Source: Microcoleus sp.
Lineage (GTDB): Bacteria > Cyanobacteriota > Cyanobacteriia > Cyanobacteriales > Microcoleaceae
Length of the DNA: 64,000 nt
Direction of reading: 5' to 3'
Assembly (NCBI GenBank): GCA_052279835.1
Contig: CP181291.1
Span: 6,048,001 to 6,112,000 of the forward strand
Shown: positions 18,916-29,962 of the stretch, in pieces
How the letters are laid out: every line of letters starts with the position of its first letter
Position numbering within the stretch: the stretch's first letter is position 1
Made by a program: the position numbers and the translations under genes
Notes under the pieces: model-generated
The model's input: only the letters and a program-made list of their open reading frames with translations
Databases searched by the model: none
Told to the model about the DNA's origin: nothing

Positions 18916-20307
18916 TTACGGACTCAGTGGCAGCCAAACCACGAAGGTAGTGCCGCGATCGCTGGGAGATAAATGTGACCCGACAGAGGGTAGCCATTCA
19001 GGATTGAGGGGAGAGTATACTTCTATTTCTCCTTGCATTTGGTGGACTAAATCGCGGGCGATCGCTAAACCTAATCCGGTTCCGGGAATTTCTGTCTGGG
19101 CTTTTTCTCCCCGGTAGTGTCGCTCAAATAAATGCTCTAAATCCTGGGGGGGAATTCCTGAACCTGTGTCGCTGACAGCAACTGCTAGGGCTGGCAATTG
19201 ATGTTGTTTGGTTCCATGAGCTTCTTGTGCTTTATTGTCTACTTTAATATAAATTTTGTTACCAGGATTGCTATATTTCAAGGCATTGTCAATGAGATTG
19301 CTCAAAACTTCCTGCAAAGCTCGATCGTTCGCTGAGACTGCGGGCAAATTTCCTGGAATCTCTGCTACTAATTTGAGGTTTCTTTCGGAGGCGATCGCCT
19401 CGGCTGAAATTAACAGCGGTTTTAACACTTCTGCAACTGAACAGGATTGATCTTGATTGCTTACAGGTGACAGAGACAGAGGAGACTGACGATTTAATTC
19501 AGCCTGGGACATCTCTATTTCTGAACTACCAGAGGGTAGTCTCAAATTGCTTTCGCCGATGTCAACCGTTCGATCGAACTGTAAGAGCAATTCTTGCAAG
19601 CGATCGCTCTCTCGGATAATACTCACAGCTACGTTGCGGTTTTTGTCTTCCGGGACGAGCCGCTTTACCAGCAGCTTACCAAAAGTGCGCAAGGCTGTCA
19701 GCGGACTTTTGAACTGGTGCAGTAAATTCTGCATCGTGTCATAAACCTGACTTTGGATTTGTCGCTGCTGGCGTAGTTCTTGCTGCATCCACTGCGATCG
19801 CTGGTCTAAAATGCAGGCGAGGGCCAGGGTACGAGCAATTTGTTGTATTTGAGCGTCCTCTCGATCGTTCCAGGGCCTGTCTTGTCTGCCGTTGACCAGA
19901 AGTCCCATTACTACTCCTTCGTGAATCAGAGGTGTCACAATTTGCCGCCGAGACAGCCAAATATTTTCTGGACCTTGGCACTGATGGGAATTGCTATTAA
20001 AACCTGGAATAGACTCTGGCTGGATCGTCCCCATTTCTGACTTTTCTCGACTCTGAGTTTGGTCTACCAGCAGTCGCGGGATCGCCTTTAATGCTGAGGT
20101 TGTGGGAGATTGCTGCCTCATGCTCTGATTTTGAACCCAGGACTCTGAGGTTTCCGGGTAAACGGCGATCGGTATCAATTTTGCTTGGCTACCTTCGATC
20201 AGTTCTTCAGTCAGGTATATGGCGCTGAATGTCGCTCCCAAACTGACGGCGATCGCCACCTGCGATCGACAAAGCTTGACAAATTCGGAACTGGCTGGCT
20301 TTAACAT
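18916..20307 (-). CDS. hik2: GAF-domain sensor histidine kinase, Hik2/CSK-like
   Basis: LLHQFKSPLTALRTFGKLL H-box, NLIDNALKY, DTGSG and GTGLGL. N-terminal GAF-like region, divergent from DUF3155. Confidence 0.85.
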   Translation of the reverse strand: MLKPASSEFVKLCRSQVAIAVSLGATFSAIYLTEELIEGSQAKLIPIAVYPETSESWVQNQSMRQQSPTTSALKAIPRLLVDQTQSREKSEMGTIQPESIPGFNSNSHQCQGPENIWLSRRQIVTPLIHEGVVMGLLVNGRQDRPWNDREDAQIQQIARTLALACILDQRSQWMQQELRQQRQIQSQVYDTMQNLLHQFKSPLTALRTFGKLLVKRLVPEDKNRNVAVSIIRESDRLQELLLQFDRTVDIGESNLRLPSGSSEIEMSQAELNRQSPLSLSPVSNQDQSCSVAEVLKPLLISAEAIASERNLKLVAEIPGNLPAVSANDRALQEVLSNLIDNALKYSNPGNKIYIKVDNKAQEAHGTKQHQLPALAVAVSDTGSGIPPQDLEHLFERHYRGEKAQTEIPGTGLGLAIARDLVHQMQGEIEVYSPLNPEWLPSVGSHLSPSDRGTTFVVWLPLSP

Positions 20308-20645
20308 GAGCGCCGCATTAAGATATTTAACGGAATTATTAAGTAAATTACAACTTCTAATTTATCGATTACAGACTGCTGTGTTCTCCCTGCCCTCAAT
20401 GTTTTTGGGGTAAATTTTCTTTAAATGACCAGTCTGTATAGCTTTCAGACTTCCTAATTTTTTTGAGCGAGGGATAGTTGGAGGGTTCACCTACCACGAT
20501 GGCAATACTGTGGTCAAGCCGTAGAAATGTTAAGATTATGTCGAATTATTAAATAAACTTGATATTTTGAGCTAGAACGGATATACTCGGCTCGGATTTG
20601 GTAGCTATAATTACAACCTGTCTGCTCACAGAGGAGGTAAAGAAA

Positions 20646-20972
20646 TTGGCCAGGAGACGCAAGCGCAAAAGTCGCCGCCGACAAGAAGGACGCAGGATTT
20701 TAGAGTGTGTGCCTCAATATAGCATCGAGAGCGGCGAAGATAAACCCGTAACAGCGGCTCGCAAGTTTATCCATGCTGAAGGCATTGCCCCCCCAGCTTT
20801 GCTGTTGGTCAAACGCAATGAGCATACCACCGATCGATACTTCTGGGCTGAAAAAGGTTTATTTGGAGCTCAATACGTAGAAGAGAACCATTTCTTGTTT
20901 CCCAGCTTAAAAGTGATGTTGGAGTCGTCTACCACAGAAAAAATTCCTGTGGTGTCAGCCAGTCGCGCATAG
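20646..20972 (+). CDS. DUF3155 domain protein
   Basis: ARRRKRKSRRRQEGRRIL...YFWAEKGLFGAQY. GAGGAGG RBS precedes the TTG. Confidence 0.88.
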   Translation: MARRRKRKSRRRQEGRRILECVPQYSIESGEDKPVTAARKFIHAEGIAPPALLLVKRNEHTTDRYFWAEKGLFGAQYVEENHFLFPSLKVMLESSTTEKIPVVSASRA

Positions 20973-21454
20973 CTCAAAAGCCAGAAGCCAAAACCCAGAA
21001 CCCAAAAGCCAGAACCGAAAACCCCCAAACTCCCAACTAAAATGCTGAGTTTATAACGGTAAACTCAAAAAGTTTAGTTCAAAACATTGAGGGCAAAGTT
21101 AGTGCAACTTTTTAACAAAAGCTCAAAATAGATCATTGTCTAGAGGGTGTCAACTGCAAATTTAAGCGAAAATTCCTTAGAAACTTAGGCCCAAGGAGCC
21201 ATCGCAATAGAAGCGATCGTCACAAGGGCGATCGCCACAGTCGGCACTCTCAAGATAATGGCTTTTGTGGGAGCTACTGTTTCGATAGTGTGTTTGAGCA
21301 TTAGTTGGATGGAACTAATCACGAACAAACTAAATTCAAGCATCCATAGTTTAGTCTGCTCGAAGTGTCAGCTATAGAGACATTCAAAATTGAGGTCTCT
21401 GACAATGCTAGACGGACAGCATCTAGATTATCAGAAAAGGTGACGTTTAAATTG

Positions 21455-21988
21455 TCAATCGATCGGTGTCAGAGCCAAAGCTTTTTGCATGACGGCGAGT
21501 TCGTCGCGGTGACCTCTGACAGTAATTAAGCTCTTGGTTTGGCTTCCCGACTCGGCGACGGATTCCAGTTTGAGGGAGACTTGTTCAGGGCGTCCAGCTT
21601 TTTTCCAGTAAAATATTCCTGCCAGTGGCGATAGTAACACCAAAGCGAGAAAAATTTGACCTTGCTGAGGAACTAGCATCGCCAAAACCAGTCCCAGGCA
21701 CAAAGCGCCCCCTGCACTCAGGAGGGTTAAAAAAATAGCTAAAAACCAACTAGGCCGGACAAACCCTTCAAAAGTGACTTGGTAGTTAGGGGCATCGACG
21801 GCTGCAACTCGGTAAGCTCTCTGGGCAAAATACTCTTGTAGCTGGGTTAACAGTGACTCTTGGTTACTCTCGGAAGCGAGTTTAAGTTGTTCGGTTCGGT
21901 CTTTGACAGAAGCCTTGATGAAAAAAAACAAGCCCACAGCTAACAGCAGCGTCAGCACAAAGGTGGATGGCAAAACAGGATTATTCAT
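21455..21988 (-). CDS. ccb1: Cofactor assembly of complex C subunit B, CCB1 (DUF3529)
   Basis: LTLLLAVGLFFFIKASVKDR...YW..A.R.E...HRDEL. Confidence 0.85.
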   Translation of the reverse strand: MNNPVLPSTFVLTLLLAVGLFFFIKASVKDRTEQLKLASESNQESLLTQLQEYFAQRAYRVAAVDAPNYQVTFEGFVRPSWFLAIFLTLLSAGGALCLGLVLAMLVPQQGQIFLALVLLSPLAGIFYWKKAGRPEQVSLKLESVAESGSQTKSLITVRGHRDELAVMQKALALTPID

Positions 21989-22149
21989 CAGCTAAAAGTT
22001 TGTGTAAGGGGAATTAAGTAGGAAGAAGCAAAAATGCCCTTCGATAGGTTCTTCGGTGATGCGATTGAGCAAAGCGAAGGCCCACGGGGCAAATCGCTTT
22101 GCAAGTAGTGCCGACATCTGAAGAGTTGAGGCATCGGATTAAAATTGCA

Positions 22150-22542
22150 CTAACCGCTGTGGCCGGTTTCTAAGTCTTGGTGCTGATGTCTAGACACCCC
22201 TTTTCCCTGAGCAATGTATCCATGCCAAAGATGAGCGAGGTCTTGAGCTTGATGTCGCCACTCTGGGAGAATTTGATACATCCGGCGAGGGCGGCCGCGT
22301 CCTTCTACTTTTTTCCAGTAACCGGTGATGACGGCTTCATCTTCCAGGAATTTAAGTGCGCTGTAGAGTACGGTGTCAGAAAGTCGGTAGATGGGGAATT
22401 CCCTCTCTAGTTGTCCGATTAGTTCGGTTCCGTAGGAATCTCCGCGTAATAAGACGGAGAGAATGTAGCACACTGCTAGTTCCTTGTTTAGATAAACAGG
22501 AGGGGGGTCTTGAAAAAATTGATAGATATGTTCAAACTTCAT
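22150..22542 (-). CDS. pex: PadR-family regulator, circadian period extender Pex
   Basis: KELAVCYILSVL..DSYGTEL...LSDTVLYSALKFLE...GRGRPRRMY. Confidence 0.85.
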   Translation of the reverse strand: MKFEHIYQFFQDPPPVYLNKELAVCYILSVLLRGDSYGTELIGQLEREFPIYRLSDTVLYSALKFLEDEAVITGYWKKVEGRGRPRRMYQILPEWRHQAQDLAHLWHGYIAQGKGVSRHQHQDLETGHSG

Positions 22543-22855
22543 CTGTCTTTACCGCTGGAGACTCTCTTGATACCGTCTGGTTAACGTGAGAGGAAAGCGG
22601 GGCGGGTTGTGCCGCTTCCTATGAACTGAGCAAGGGGGATAATCGTTACTGAATCTAGATGTCCTCTTCCAATCTATCGCAGTGACTCTTGGCAAGTGTG
22701 CGATCGACAACGAATTGGGAGTTAGTTCGAGAGTTAGTGTTTTAACTCAAAACTCGAAATTCCTAATTTCCCTTTCTAATTTGTAGAGTTTGCATGACTG
22801 GTTGGGTTTCTATGGTTTCTATGGTTTCTATGGCTATTCACTCTTGAGCTTGCCT

Positions 22856-23059
22856 TTAAACCGGACTCAAACCTAACATAGCGCGCAGTGTAAAAGTTAA
22901 AAAGACGAAAGTTGCGACGATCAAACTAACTAGGGCGATGGCCGTAGCTGGTCGATCGAGTAGAGGTTTGAGTCGGTCGAACAGGAAAAAAAAGATTCCC
23001 AGACAGACAGTAATCAAAAAACGGGGATAACGGGAGACGTTATTAATGAAATCTTGCAT
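22856..23059 (-). CDS. DUF751 family membrane protein
   Basis: NVSRYPRFLIT...TLRAMLG. Confidence 0.85.
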   Translation of the reverse strand: MQDFINNVSRYPRFLITVCLGIFFFLFDRLKPLLDRPATAIALVSLIVATFVFLTFTLRAMLGLSPV

Positions 23060-23315
23060 GAGCTTGGTGGGGTAAAGTGTGCCAGTGTCATTTTTCACTG
23101 GTAACACTTGTGAACGAGTGAGACAATTTTGGCACAGCCGGAGCTAAATTGCTCGATCGGGCGATCGGGACTGCATTGGGCTCGATCGGGCATTTGGGCG
23201 ATCGTCCTAACAAATATAATTCTAGCGACAAATTTTCAATTGTCGCCACTGGATTGTCCAGTGAGTGCGGGCACATCAACTGCGATCGCAAATTCAGATT
23301 GCATCTGTGGGAATT

Positions 23316-24608
23316 TTAGTCTTTGATTTGCGACCAAATCCAACGTATCCACGCTTGGACAGTGGAGTAACGCCTTTTTATAGTTGTAGAATTAAGATCG
23401 GTACAGATCTCTGATATTATTTTACAGATGGTATCTTCTGGCGGAATTTCTCCCTGTTTAAGGGTTAATTCAAATACTAAATAAAAAACTTTTTTTTCTA
23501 AAATTTTATTAATCAAATCTATATATTTTAGCTTAGGTCTTTTATGTAAAATTGACCTTCCTTCACTTGTCAAGCGAAAAAAAGTTTGTTTTCTCAGGGA
23601 ATCTTTGTGTTTTTCTATCAGTCCAATATATACACCAGCATTAGTATAATAGTCTGTTTGCCTACGATTAAATTCATAATTTTCTGTAATATCATCTTTG
23701 GTTAAATCTTTCTCCAATAATAATGATAATAAATCTACTACTCTCTCGAATTTATCAGCTTGTGGAAATGGAACATCGGGTTCTGGAATTACTTTAATAT
23801 TATTGAATATCCGATCGACATCACTCCTTTGTATTTCTTCGGGAGCGATCGTATAATTCTTTTGTTCTCTCAGTTTGAGAGAGTTATAATCTTGATAGTT
23901 GCTAAAATTATAAATAAAAAAGCTAAAAACGTCGTTAGAGTATGTCATCAATACCGGAATAACTTTCTTATTCATTTTTTTTGACCACAACCTATAAGGA
24001 TAGTAAAGTTGTCTAATCAAAAAATCGTCTATGGCATAGTTCTTAGCTTCTATCAAGACAAAATAGTTTTCACTTTCAAATCCTGCATCTATCTCACACT
24101 GAGAATTTTCAACTTTAATTGAATAGGGTTTATTTGTGAGGGGATTTGTAATATTAAAATTAAAAGACTCTGTAGACATTCTACCAGAAACAGTATAAGC
24201 TGTTTTTTCACCGACTAAATCATCTATAATACCGATATTAAATGCACAGTGTAATGCGGAACTTTCAGAATATAAGTTTGTGTAATCTATACTCTCTATC
24301 TCTGCTGGAAATTCTACAGGCATTACTTCTATTTGACTATCATATCCAACTTTACAATGTATATCAAACTCCCCAATAACATATTTAGAGCGAGAAATTG
24401 GTAAGATTGACAAGTGATTATGTTGAAATATTTCTGGCAAATTGACAGAGTGATCGAACTTTGCCATAAGCCTGCTTTCTCTTTCCTTATTGATGTCCTC
24501 CGATGCTATTTCAAAACAACCATTTTTAGATACCTGTTCTAATATCTTATGCCTTTCAAATAATGTTTCCCAAGCTTTATCGTTTGCTGTTTTCTTGCTT
24601 TTACTCAT
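23316..24608 (-). CDS. Putative restriction endonuclease (PD-(D/E)XK fold with winged-helix-like C-terminus)
   Basis: EIDAGFES...IEAKN...RQLYYPY motif, 11 bp downstream of an MTase, AT-rich. Confidence 0.75.
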   Translation of the reverse strand: MSKSKKTANDKAWETLFERHKILEQVSKNGCFEIASEDINKERESRLMAKFDHSVNLPEIFQHNHLSILPISRSKYVIGEFDIHCKVGYDSQIEVMPVEFPAEIESIDYTNLYSESSALHCAFNIGIIDDLVGEKTAYTVSGRMSTESFNFNITNPLTNKPYSIKVENSQCEIDAGFESENYFVLIEAKNYAIDDFLIRQLYYPYRLWSKKMNKKVIPVLMTYSNDVFSFFIYNFSNYQDYNSLKLREQKNYTIAPEEIQRSDVDRIFNNIKVIPEPDVPFPQADKFERVVDLLSLLLEKDLTKDDITENYEFNRRQTDYYTNAGVYIGLIEKHKDSLRKQTFFRLTSEGRSILHKRPKLKYIDLINKILEKKVFYLVFELTLKQGEIPPEDTICKIISEICTDLNSTTIKRRYSTVQAWIRWIWSQIKD

Positions 24609-24619
24609 ATTTATTTATC

Positions 24620-25504
24620 CTAAATTTCATAATTTAAAACTAATACTTCATCAACCATACCTCTTTTCAAGGCATTTGAGTTGATACTTCTCGTTGCTCT
24701 AACTTTTTTGACTGTATTCTGATAATTCTTATACAAATCAAGAATAAAATCTGTACAAGAATTACTCATCATCACCTTGCAACCTCTTTGAGTTAAATCA
24801 TCAAAAACTTTTTTGAGTCGTTCTTGTTCATCTCTATTAAAGCCATTCACATCATACCCAGTAAAAGAAGCTGTTTCGGAAACAGGATCATAAGGAGGAT
24901 CTAAATAAACAAAATCTCCTTTTTTTGCACCTTCAATAGCTTTGGCAAAATCCAGATTTGACATTGTAATTTCGGTACTAATTAAGTATTTATTCACGGC
25001 TCTTAAAACAGCGTCATCTAAAAAATTAGGATTTTTGTACCTACCAAACGGAACATTGAATTGACCTTGTGAATTCACCCTAAATAAACCATTATAGCAG
25101 GTTTTATTTAGGTAAATGATTCGTGCTGCTTTTTCAACGGTAGACAATTTTGCATATTTTTTATTTGAACGATCTAAGTCTCTCATATCATAATAAGACT
25201 TTTCGCTATTGCTATATTTACGATCGTTGCTTAATTCCTCCATCAGTTCATTTAATGAATCTCTGATCACTTCATAGCAATTAATTAGTTCTCCGTTACG
25301 ATCGTTGATAACAGCTTTTGGGGGTTGTAGCTCAAATAAGAGTGCGCCTCCACCTATAAAAGGCTCATAGTATGTATGTTTACTTGTCTGCTTAGGAACA
25401 TACTTAAGAATTTCTGGTAATAATTGCCTTTTACCTCCTGCCCACTTTAAAAAAGGTCTTACTAACGGATTAGTTTTTACTCTTGCTAATGTACTGTTTT
25501 TCAC
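24620..25504 (-). CDS. DNA adenine methyltransferase, Dam/DpnM-like (alpha class)
   Basis: KWAGGK, EPFIGGG, YNGLFRVN..G.FNVPFG and DPPY. Confidence 0.95.
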   Translation of the reverse strand: MKNSTLARVKTNPLVRPFLKWAGGKRQLLPEILKYVPKQTSKHTYYEPFIGGGALLFELQPPKAVINDRNGELINCYEVIRDSLNELMEELSNDRKYSNSEKSYYDMRDLDRSNKKYAKLSTVEKAARIIYLNKTCYNGLFRVNSQGQFNVPFGRYKNPNFLDDAVLRAVNKYLISTEITMSNLDFAKAIEGAKKGDFVYLDPPYDPVSETASFTGYDVNGFNRDEQERLKKVFDDLTQRGCKVMMSNSCTDFILDLYKNYQNTVKKVRATRSINSNALKRGMVDEVLVLNYEI

Positions 25505-25541
25505 TTATATACCTCTCAAGCTACTTATCAAAGAACAATAC

Positions 25542-25570
25542 ATTCTACGTTGAATTTTAGTTCAAGTCAA
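25542..25570 (-). promoter_or_regulatory. Sigma70-like promoter of the R-M operon with an inverted repeat in the spacer
   Basis: Minus strand TTGACT-17-TAGAAT. TTGAA-N6-TTCAA at 25550-25565. Confidence 0.55.
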
Positions 25571-25676
25571 GAGGTAATGCTGATATTTATTTAAAATGAA
25601 GTTGCACTTAAATATATCAACCAAAAAACCTTGACATATTTTTATTCATCTGATATCTCTAAAAAAACAATGTGAA

Positions 25677-26612
25677 TTAAGCCGATCGCACTTCAATCAC
25701 TCCCCGATCGAAAACCCGCTTATCAGTACCGATCGCGCTCACAAACATTCGGTCTTCATAAACATCAAACGTAGCAAAACTCAACCGACTAGCAGCATAC
25801 TCCGTCCATTCAGAACGCCCCACCGGACGAGTACCAGCACCAGCACCACAAATTAAATAAGTCGTACCATTAATCGAGCGAGTCCGTTCATAACTATGCT
25901 CATGTCCGTTAATATAAAGCTGCACGCCGTACTTTTGAAACATCGGTGTCAAAGTCTGAATAAAAGGTTGATTCAATCCGTACACGCCAGAAGAATAAAC
26001 CTGGTGGTGCCCGAAAACAACTTTCCAAGGTGCAGTGCTCTGGCTCAACTCTTTTTCCAGCCAAACTAACTGATTTTTCCAGTCCGCATTATGATTAGTA
26101 TCTAGGGCAAAAAACTGGACTGATTCGCGCCGAAAAGTGTAGTAGCGACCAGCCATATTAAAGCCGGGATATTTAACTTGCAAGTCGCCGTTATCAGTAC
26201 GGATATCGTGATTTCCCAGACAAGCATAAAACTTGACACCCTGCTGTAATAAGGGCTGATAGGGTCGTTCAAAAACAGCATTGATTTTTTCAAATTCGCC
26301 GTTATTATAGATATTGTCACCGGCGAGAATAGCCAAATTAAAAGAGTTTTGCCCGTGATATTGCGCCATCGCCTCAGCCACAGCATATTGTCCCTGGGCA
26401 CCAGTACCCGTGTCTGCGATCGAAATAAAGCGTAAAATAGGTGATGTGGTGGGTAAAGGAGCGATCGCCCTTTCTCCCTCAACAGCAGAAAGTACAGCCG
26501 CATTGGCATCTGTGCCCCAAGAAGTCTGAAGCTGAAACATTTTCCAGATTCCAGCCAAACCTAAGCTGCTGAGACTGCCTAAAATCAGAAAGTAACGACG
26601 TTTGATGCTCAT
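25677..26612 (-). CDS. Metallophosphoesterase (purple acid phosphatase-like), probable Tat substrate
   Basis: DTG, GDNIY, GNHD and GHEH motifs. N-terminal KRRYFL. Confidence 0.9.
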   Translation of the reverse strand: MSIKRRYFLILGSLSSLGLAGIWKMFQLQTSWGTDANAAVLSAVEGERAIAPLPTTSPILRFISIADTGTGAQGQYAVAEAMAQYHGQNSFNLAILAGDNIYNNGEFEKINAVFERPYQPLLQQGVKFYACLGNHDIRTDNGDLQVKYPGFNMAGRYYTFRRESVQFFALDTNHNADWKNQLVWLEKELSQSTAPWKVVFGHHQVYSSGVYGLNQPFIQTLTPMFQKYGVQLYINGHEHSYERTRSINGTTYLICGAGAGTRPVGRSEWTEYAASRLSFATFDVYEDRMFVSAIGTDKRVFDRGVIEVRSA

Positions 26613-26895
26613 ATTGATTCAGTGACAACTAATAAAATGATAAATTAAGATTGAGATCTAGCAACAACCAAGACAGTTAGGACGTTCTTAGTCGCTGCAA
26701 CTCTTGCTGTGATTGCATCTTCCTTCTTCCTTCCCCCAAGGGCGGTAGGGGGGTGAATTATTCCTTCTTCCTTCTTTCTGAATTTCCCGCCTTGGGGGGG
26801 GCTGGCGGGGGTGAATTATTCCTTCTTCCTTGTGCTATAACTCAACTAAAATTAATCCGATTTAAGTATATTTGCAAGGCCCAAAGGCAGAAAAA

Positions 26896-27774
26896 ATGTC
26901 AGAAGAACAACCAAACCAGCCAACTCCAGAATCCTTTGAACCTCCAAAAACGGAGATTGACGCAGCCCCAAACTCTGCAACTCCTGAAAGTGTGGCAGCA
27001 GAAATTAACACGATTCCCACACCAAAAGTTGCTGTAAAATCTGATAGTAAGTCTGTAGCAACCAGCACTCAAGGTGGTTTTTTAGAGAAAGTCGGTTTAC
27101 TTTGGCAAAGTATTGTGAAGCTAGTGCGATCGCTATTACCCGCATCCCTCAGCCAGAAGTTATCCGATCCAATTTTGAATGCAGCAATAGCAGCAATTCT
27201 GATCGTCACAGTCGGTTTAAGTCTGAATATTTTTTCGGCAAAACCAGCGGAGAAAATAGCCAAGGCTCCTGTCCCGAAAGTGATAGAATCGCCTGCAAAT
27301 TTTTCCGATTTTGTCGGCTCGGAAACGCCACAGCAGCCACAACCTATCGCCAAATTGCCAGAAGCGATGGCATCAGAAAAAGCCAAATCTGAATTCAAAA
27401 GCAACTTACCGGATTTAGTGGCACCGACAGCACCGAAAGCGGTAGAAATTGTCCCGCCACCACCACTGACACCGGAACAGTCTCTGATTGCTGGGATTCA
27501 AAATAAAGTTGATGAAATTACCGCTCGACTTGGTGGCGGTTTAGTTAAGTCCTTTGAAGCTAATTTTTCCAGCAGTCGGTTGACAGTAAAAGTAGCTGAA
27601 GATTGGTATGGGCTGAGCGAAGCGGAACAAAATCAGATAGTAAATCAAATGTTTAAAGAAGCTAATTTACTAGATTTTAGTAATTTAGAAGTTCTGAATA
27701 AGGAAGGAAAACTAATAGCTAGAAGTCCTGTTGTTGGTTCAGAAATGATTATTCTGGATAGAATTGGAAGTTAG
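26896..27774 (+). CDS. Conserved cyanobacterial hypothetical protein with one TM segment
   Basis: LTPEQSLIA...WY.L...ARSPVVGSEMIIL C-terminal domain. Confidence 0.75.
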   Translation: MSEEQPNQPTPESFEPPKTEIDAAPNSATPESVAAEINTIPTPKVAVKSDSKSVATSTQGGFLEKVGLLWQSIVKLVRSLLPASLSQKLSDPILNAAIAAILIVTVGLSLNIFSAKPAEKIAKAPVPKVIESPANFSDFVGSETPQQPQPIAKLPEAMASEKAKSEFKSNLPDLVAPTAPKAVEIVPPPPLTPEQSLIAGIQNKVDEITARLGGGLVKSFEANFSSSRLTVKVAEDWYGLSEAEQNQIVNQMFKEANLLDFSNLEVLNKEGKLIARSPVVGSEMIILDRIGS

Positions 27775-27910
27775 TTGTTGGTTATTTGTTGTTGGTTATT
27801 GGCGGTTCCCTGCCCTTCGACGCTTCGCTCAGGAACCGCAAAATCGAAGGCTTGTTGGTTCTTAGTTGTTGGTTATTGGAACTAACAAATAACCAATAAC
27901 CAATAATAAC
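27772..27910. repeat. STRR arrays with a nested CCCTTCGAC..CGCTCAGG repeat
   Basis: GTTGTTG/GTTATTG and AATAACC heptamers. The nested motif recurs near 32228 and 35073. Confidence 0.75.
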
Positions 27911-27923
27911 TTATTCATGACTA

Positions 27924-29766
27924 TTAAGGCTTCTTAATACTCGGTTTAAAACCTTGCTTTTGGAAATAAGTTCGGAATACCTCGTGAGCGACTGGTGCCG
28001 CTGATACAGCACCAAATCCACCGCCTTCAACTATAACTGCGATCGCAATTTCCGGTTTGTCAGCAGGAGCATAACCCACATACATAGAATTGTCAGGATG
28101 ACCGGGCATTTCCACCGTCCCTGTTTTGCCAGCACTCAAAGGAATAGTACCATCATTCATGGCTTTACCAGTACCTTTTAACACCACATCAGTCAATCCC
28201 TGGCGAATTACATTCAAAGTAGCCGGCTTAATACCTGTTTGAACTTTTTTAGTAATTGGAGTATTAGTTTGAGAAGCCAACAAATGCGGCTGCACTCGCC
28301 AACCACCATTGGCAATAGTTGATACCATCACAGCCAATTCTAAGGGAGTGCAAAGTACCAAACCTTGACCGATCGCCATTGTTACCGTATCGCCCACATA
28401 CCAGTCTTCTCCATACATTTTCCGTTTCTCAGATGGGATCGGAACTTGACCGTGATTGGCGGCATCTAACCCTAAAAGTTCTAAGTTAATAGTACCGCCA
28501 ATTCCCATTCTCTTAGCCCATTTAGACATTTCTTCCGGCCCTGCGGCCATTCCTACTTGATAGAAAAATGTATTGCTGCTGTAGGCTAAAGCATCGCGGA
28601 AACCGATCGCACCGTAACCAGCACCGTGTTCGTTAAACGAAATTCCGCCGATGGTAATTGAAGAAGAACTAACCAAAGTCGAGTCAGGAGAAAATTTGCC
28701 CGACTCCATCCCGGCTACAGAAGTGACAATTTTAAAAGTGCTACCGACTGGATAACCTTGAACTGCTCGATTTAAAAATGGTTTGTCAGGTCCTTGCAGT
28801 CGGTCCCATTCTTTTTGACTTACCTTACGGGTAAAAATATTGGGGTCAAATGTCGGCCAACTACCCATGGTTAACAAAGCTCCAGTTTTAACATCGATCG
28901 CCACCACAGCACCAAGGCGATTTCCCAAAGCTTTTTCGGCAGTTTTCTGCATATCTAAATCTAAAGTTAGCTGTACAGGCTTGCCGGGAATCGGAGATTT
29001 TACACCTAAATCTTGGATTTCTTCACCCTTAGCATTGACCCTCAATCAAACGGCTTCCCCACACACCCTCTAAAGTGGGATTAACTAATTTTTCCACTCC
29101 CATTTTACCGACGATCATGCCCATCGGATATCCAGGATTAGCTTTTAATTCATCTAAAGTAGCTTCGCCGACGTATCCCAAAAGATGCGATGCTAATTCC
29201 TTATTGGGATAGTCGCGGCTGGATTCTGTACGAATCTCTACCCCTCGTAAAGTATTGGCTTGTTCTCCCAAAGCGACGAAGGTTGCAACATCGATATTCT
29301 TACTAATTGGGACTGGTAGGGCAGATTTATAGCCTGCTTTTTCGATTTTTTTGAGGATTTCATCCACAGGGATGTTGACTATGGGGCTGAGTGTAGTGGC
29401 TGCTTCTTGCCACTGCTGGGGCGATCGCTCTTTTGGCCACAAATATACCGATCGAGATACGCGATTGGCCGAAAAAATTTGCCCGCTACGATCTAAAATC
29501 TGACCGCGCACTGCCGCTACAGAAACTGGCCTAATCCGGTTGTTTTCGGCCCGTTGTCGGTTATATGCTCCCTGAACCAGTTGCAGTTCAGCTAGCCGAA
29601 ACAGGGGCAATGTGACTAAGGTAGTGACCAAGAGCATAAAAACCATGACTTGGAGCGATCGACTGCGACGCTGTGCAGGATGATCCAAGGCATTTTTGTC
29701 TAATTTGACTTGAGATTTAAAAGAAAAGTCACTAGCCATATAACTGAATCTACTCTTTTTTTTCAA
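27924..29766 (-). CDS. mrdA: Penicillin-binding protein 2, split by a +1 frameshift at 29039-29041 (probable sequencing error)
   Basis: Dimerisation domain in 29029-29766 and transpeptidase STFK/SSN/KTG in 27924-29045. Removing one base restores ...RLIEVNAKGEE. Confidence 0.9.
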
Positions 29767-29962
29767 CTAACAGGTTGCAGCGGTTCCCATCCGGGAAAAT
29801 TTGCCGATCGCCTAGTAGTTTTTTTTCTCAGAGTAAATCAAACCCAGATTCTGCCGATGGGTAGAGGAATTAGGGGGATTGTTTGATTAAGCTAAGTTTA
29901 AAGCTCTTGAATATTCAAATATCAAATTTTTTGACAATACAACTGTGAAGGAGGTATGGGCT

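Noticed and set aside
20973..21454. RNA gene in the 480-bp gap between DUF3155 and ccb1
   Set aside because: Only degenerate heptamer repeats and weak stems are visible, with no tRNA, ssrA, rnpB or ffs signature I could recognise.
27924..29766. mrdA as a true pseudogene or programmed frameshift
   Set aside because: Only a single extra base in a 3-nt run, no slippery heptamer and no other decay. The same pattern occurs in glgP and glk.
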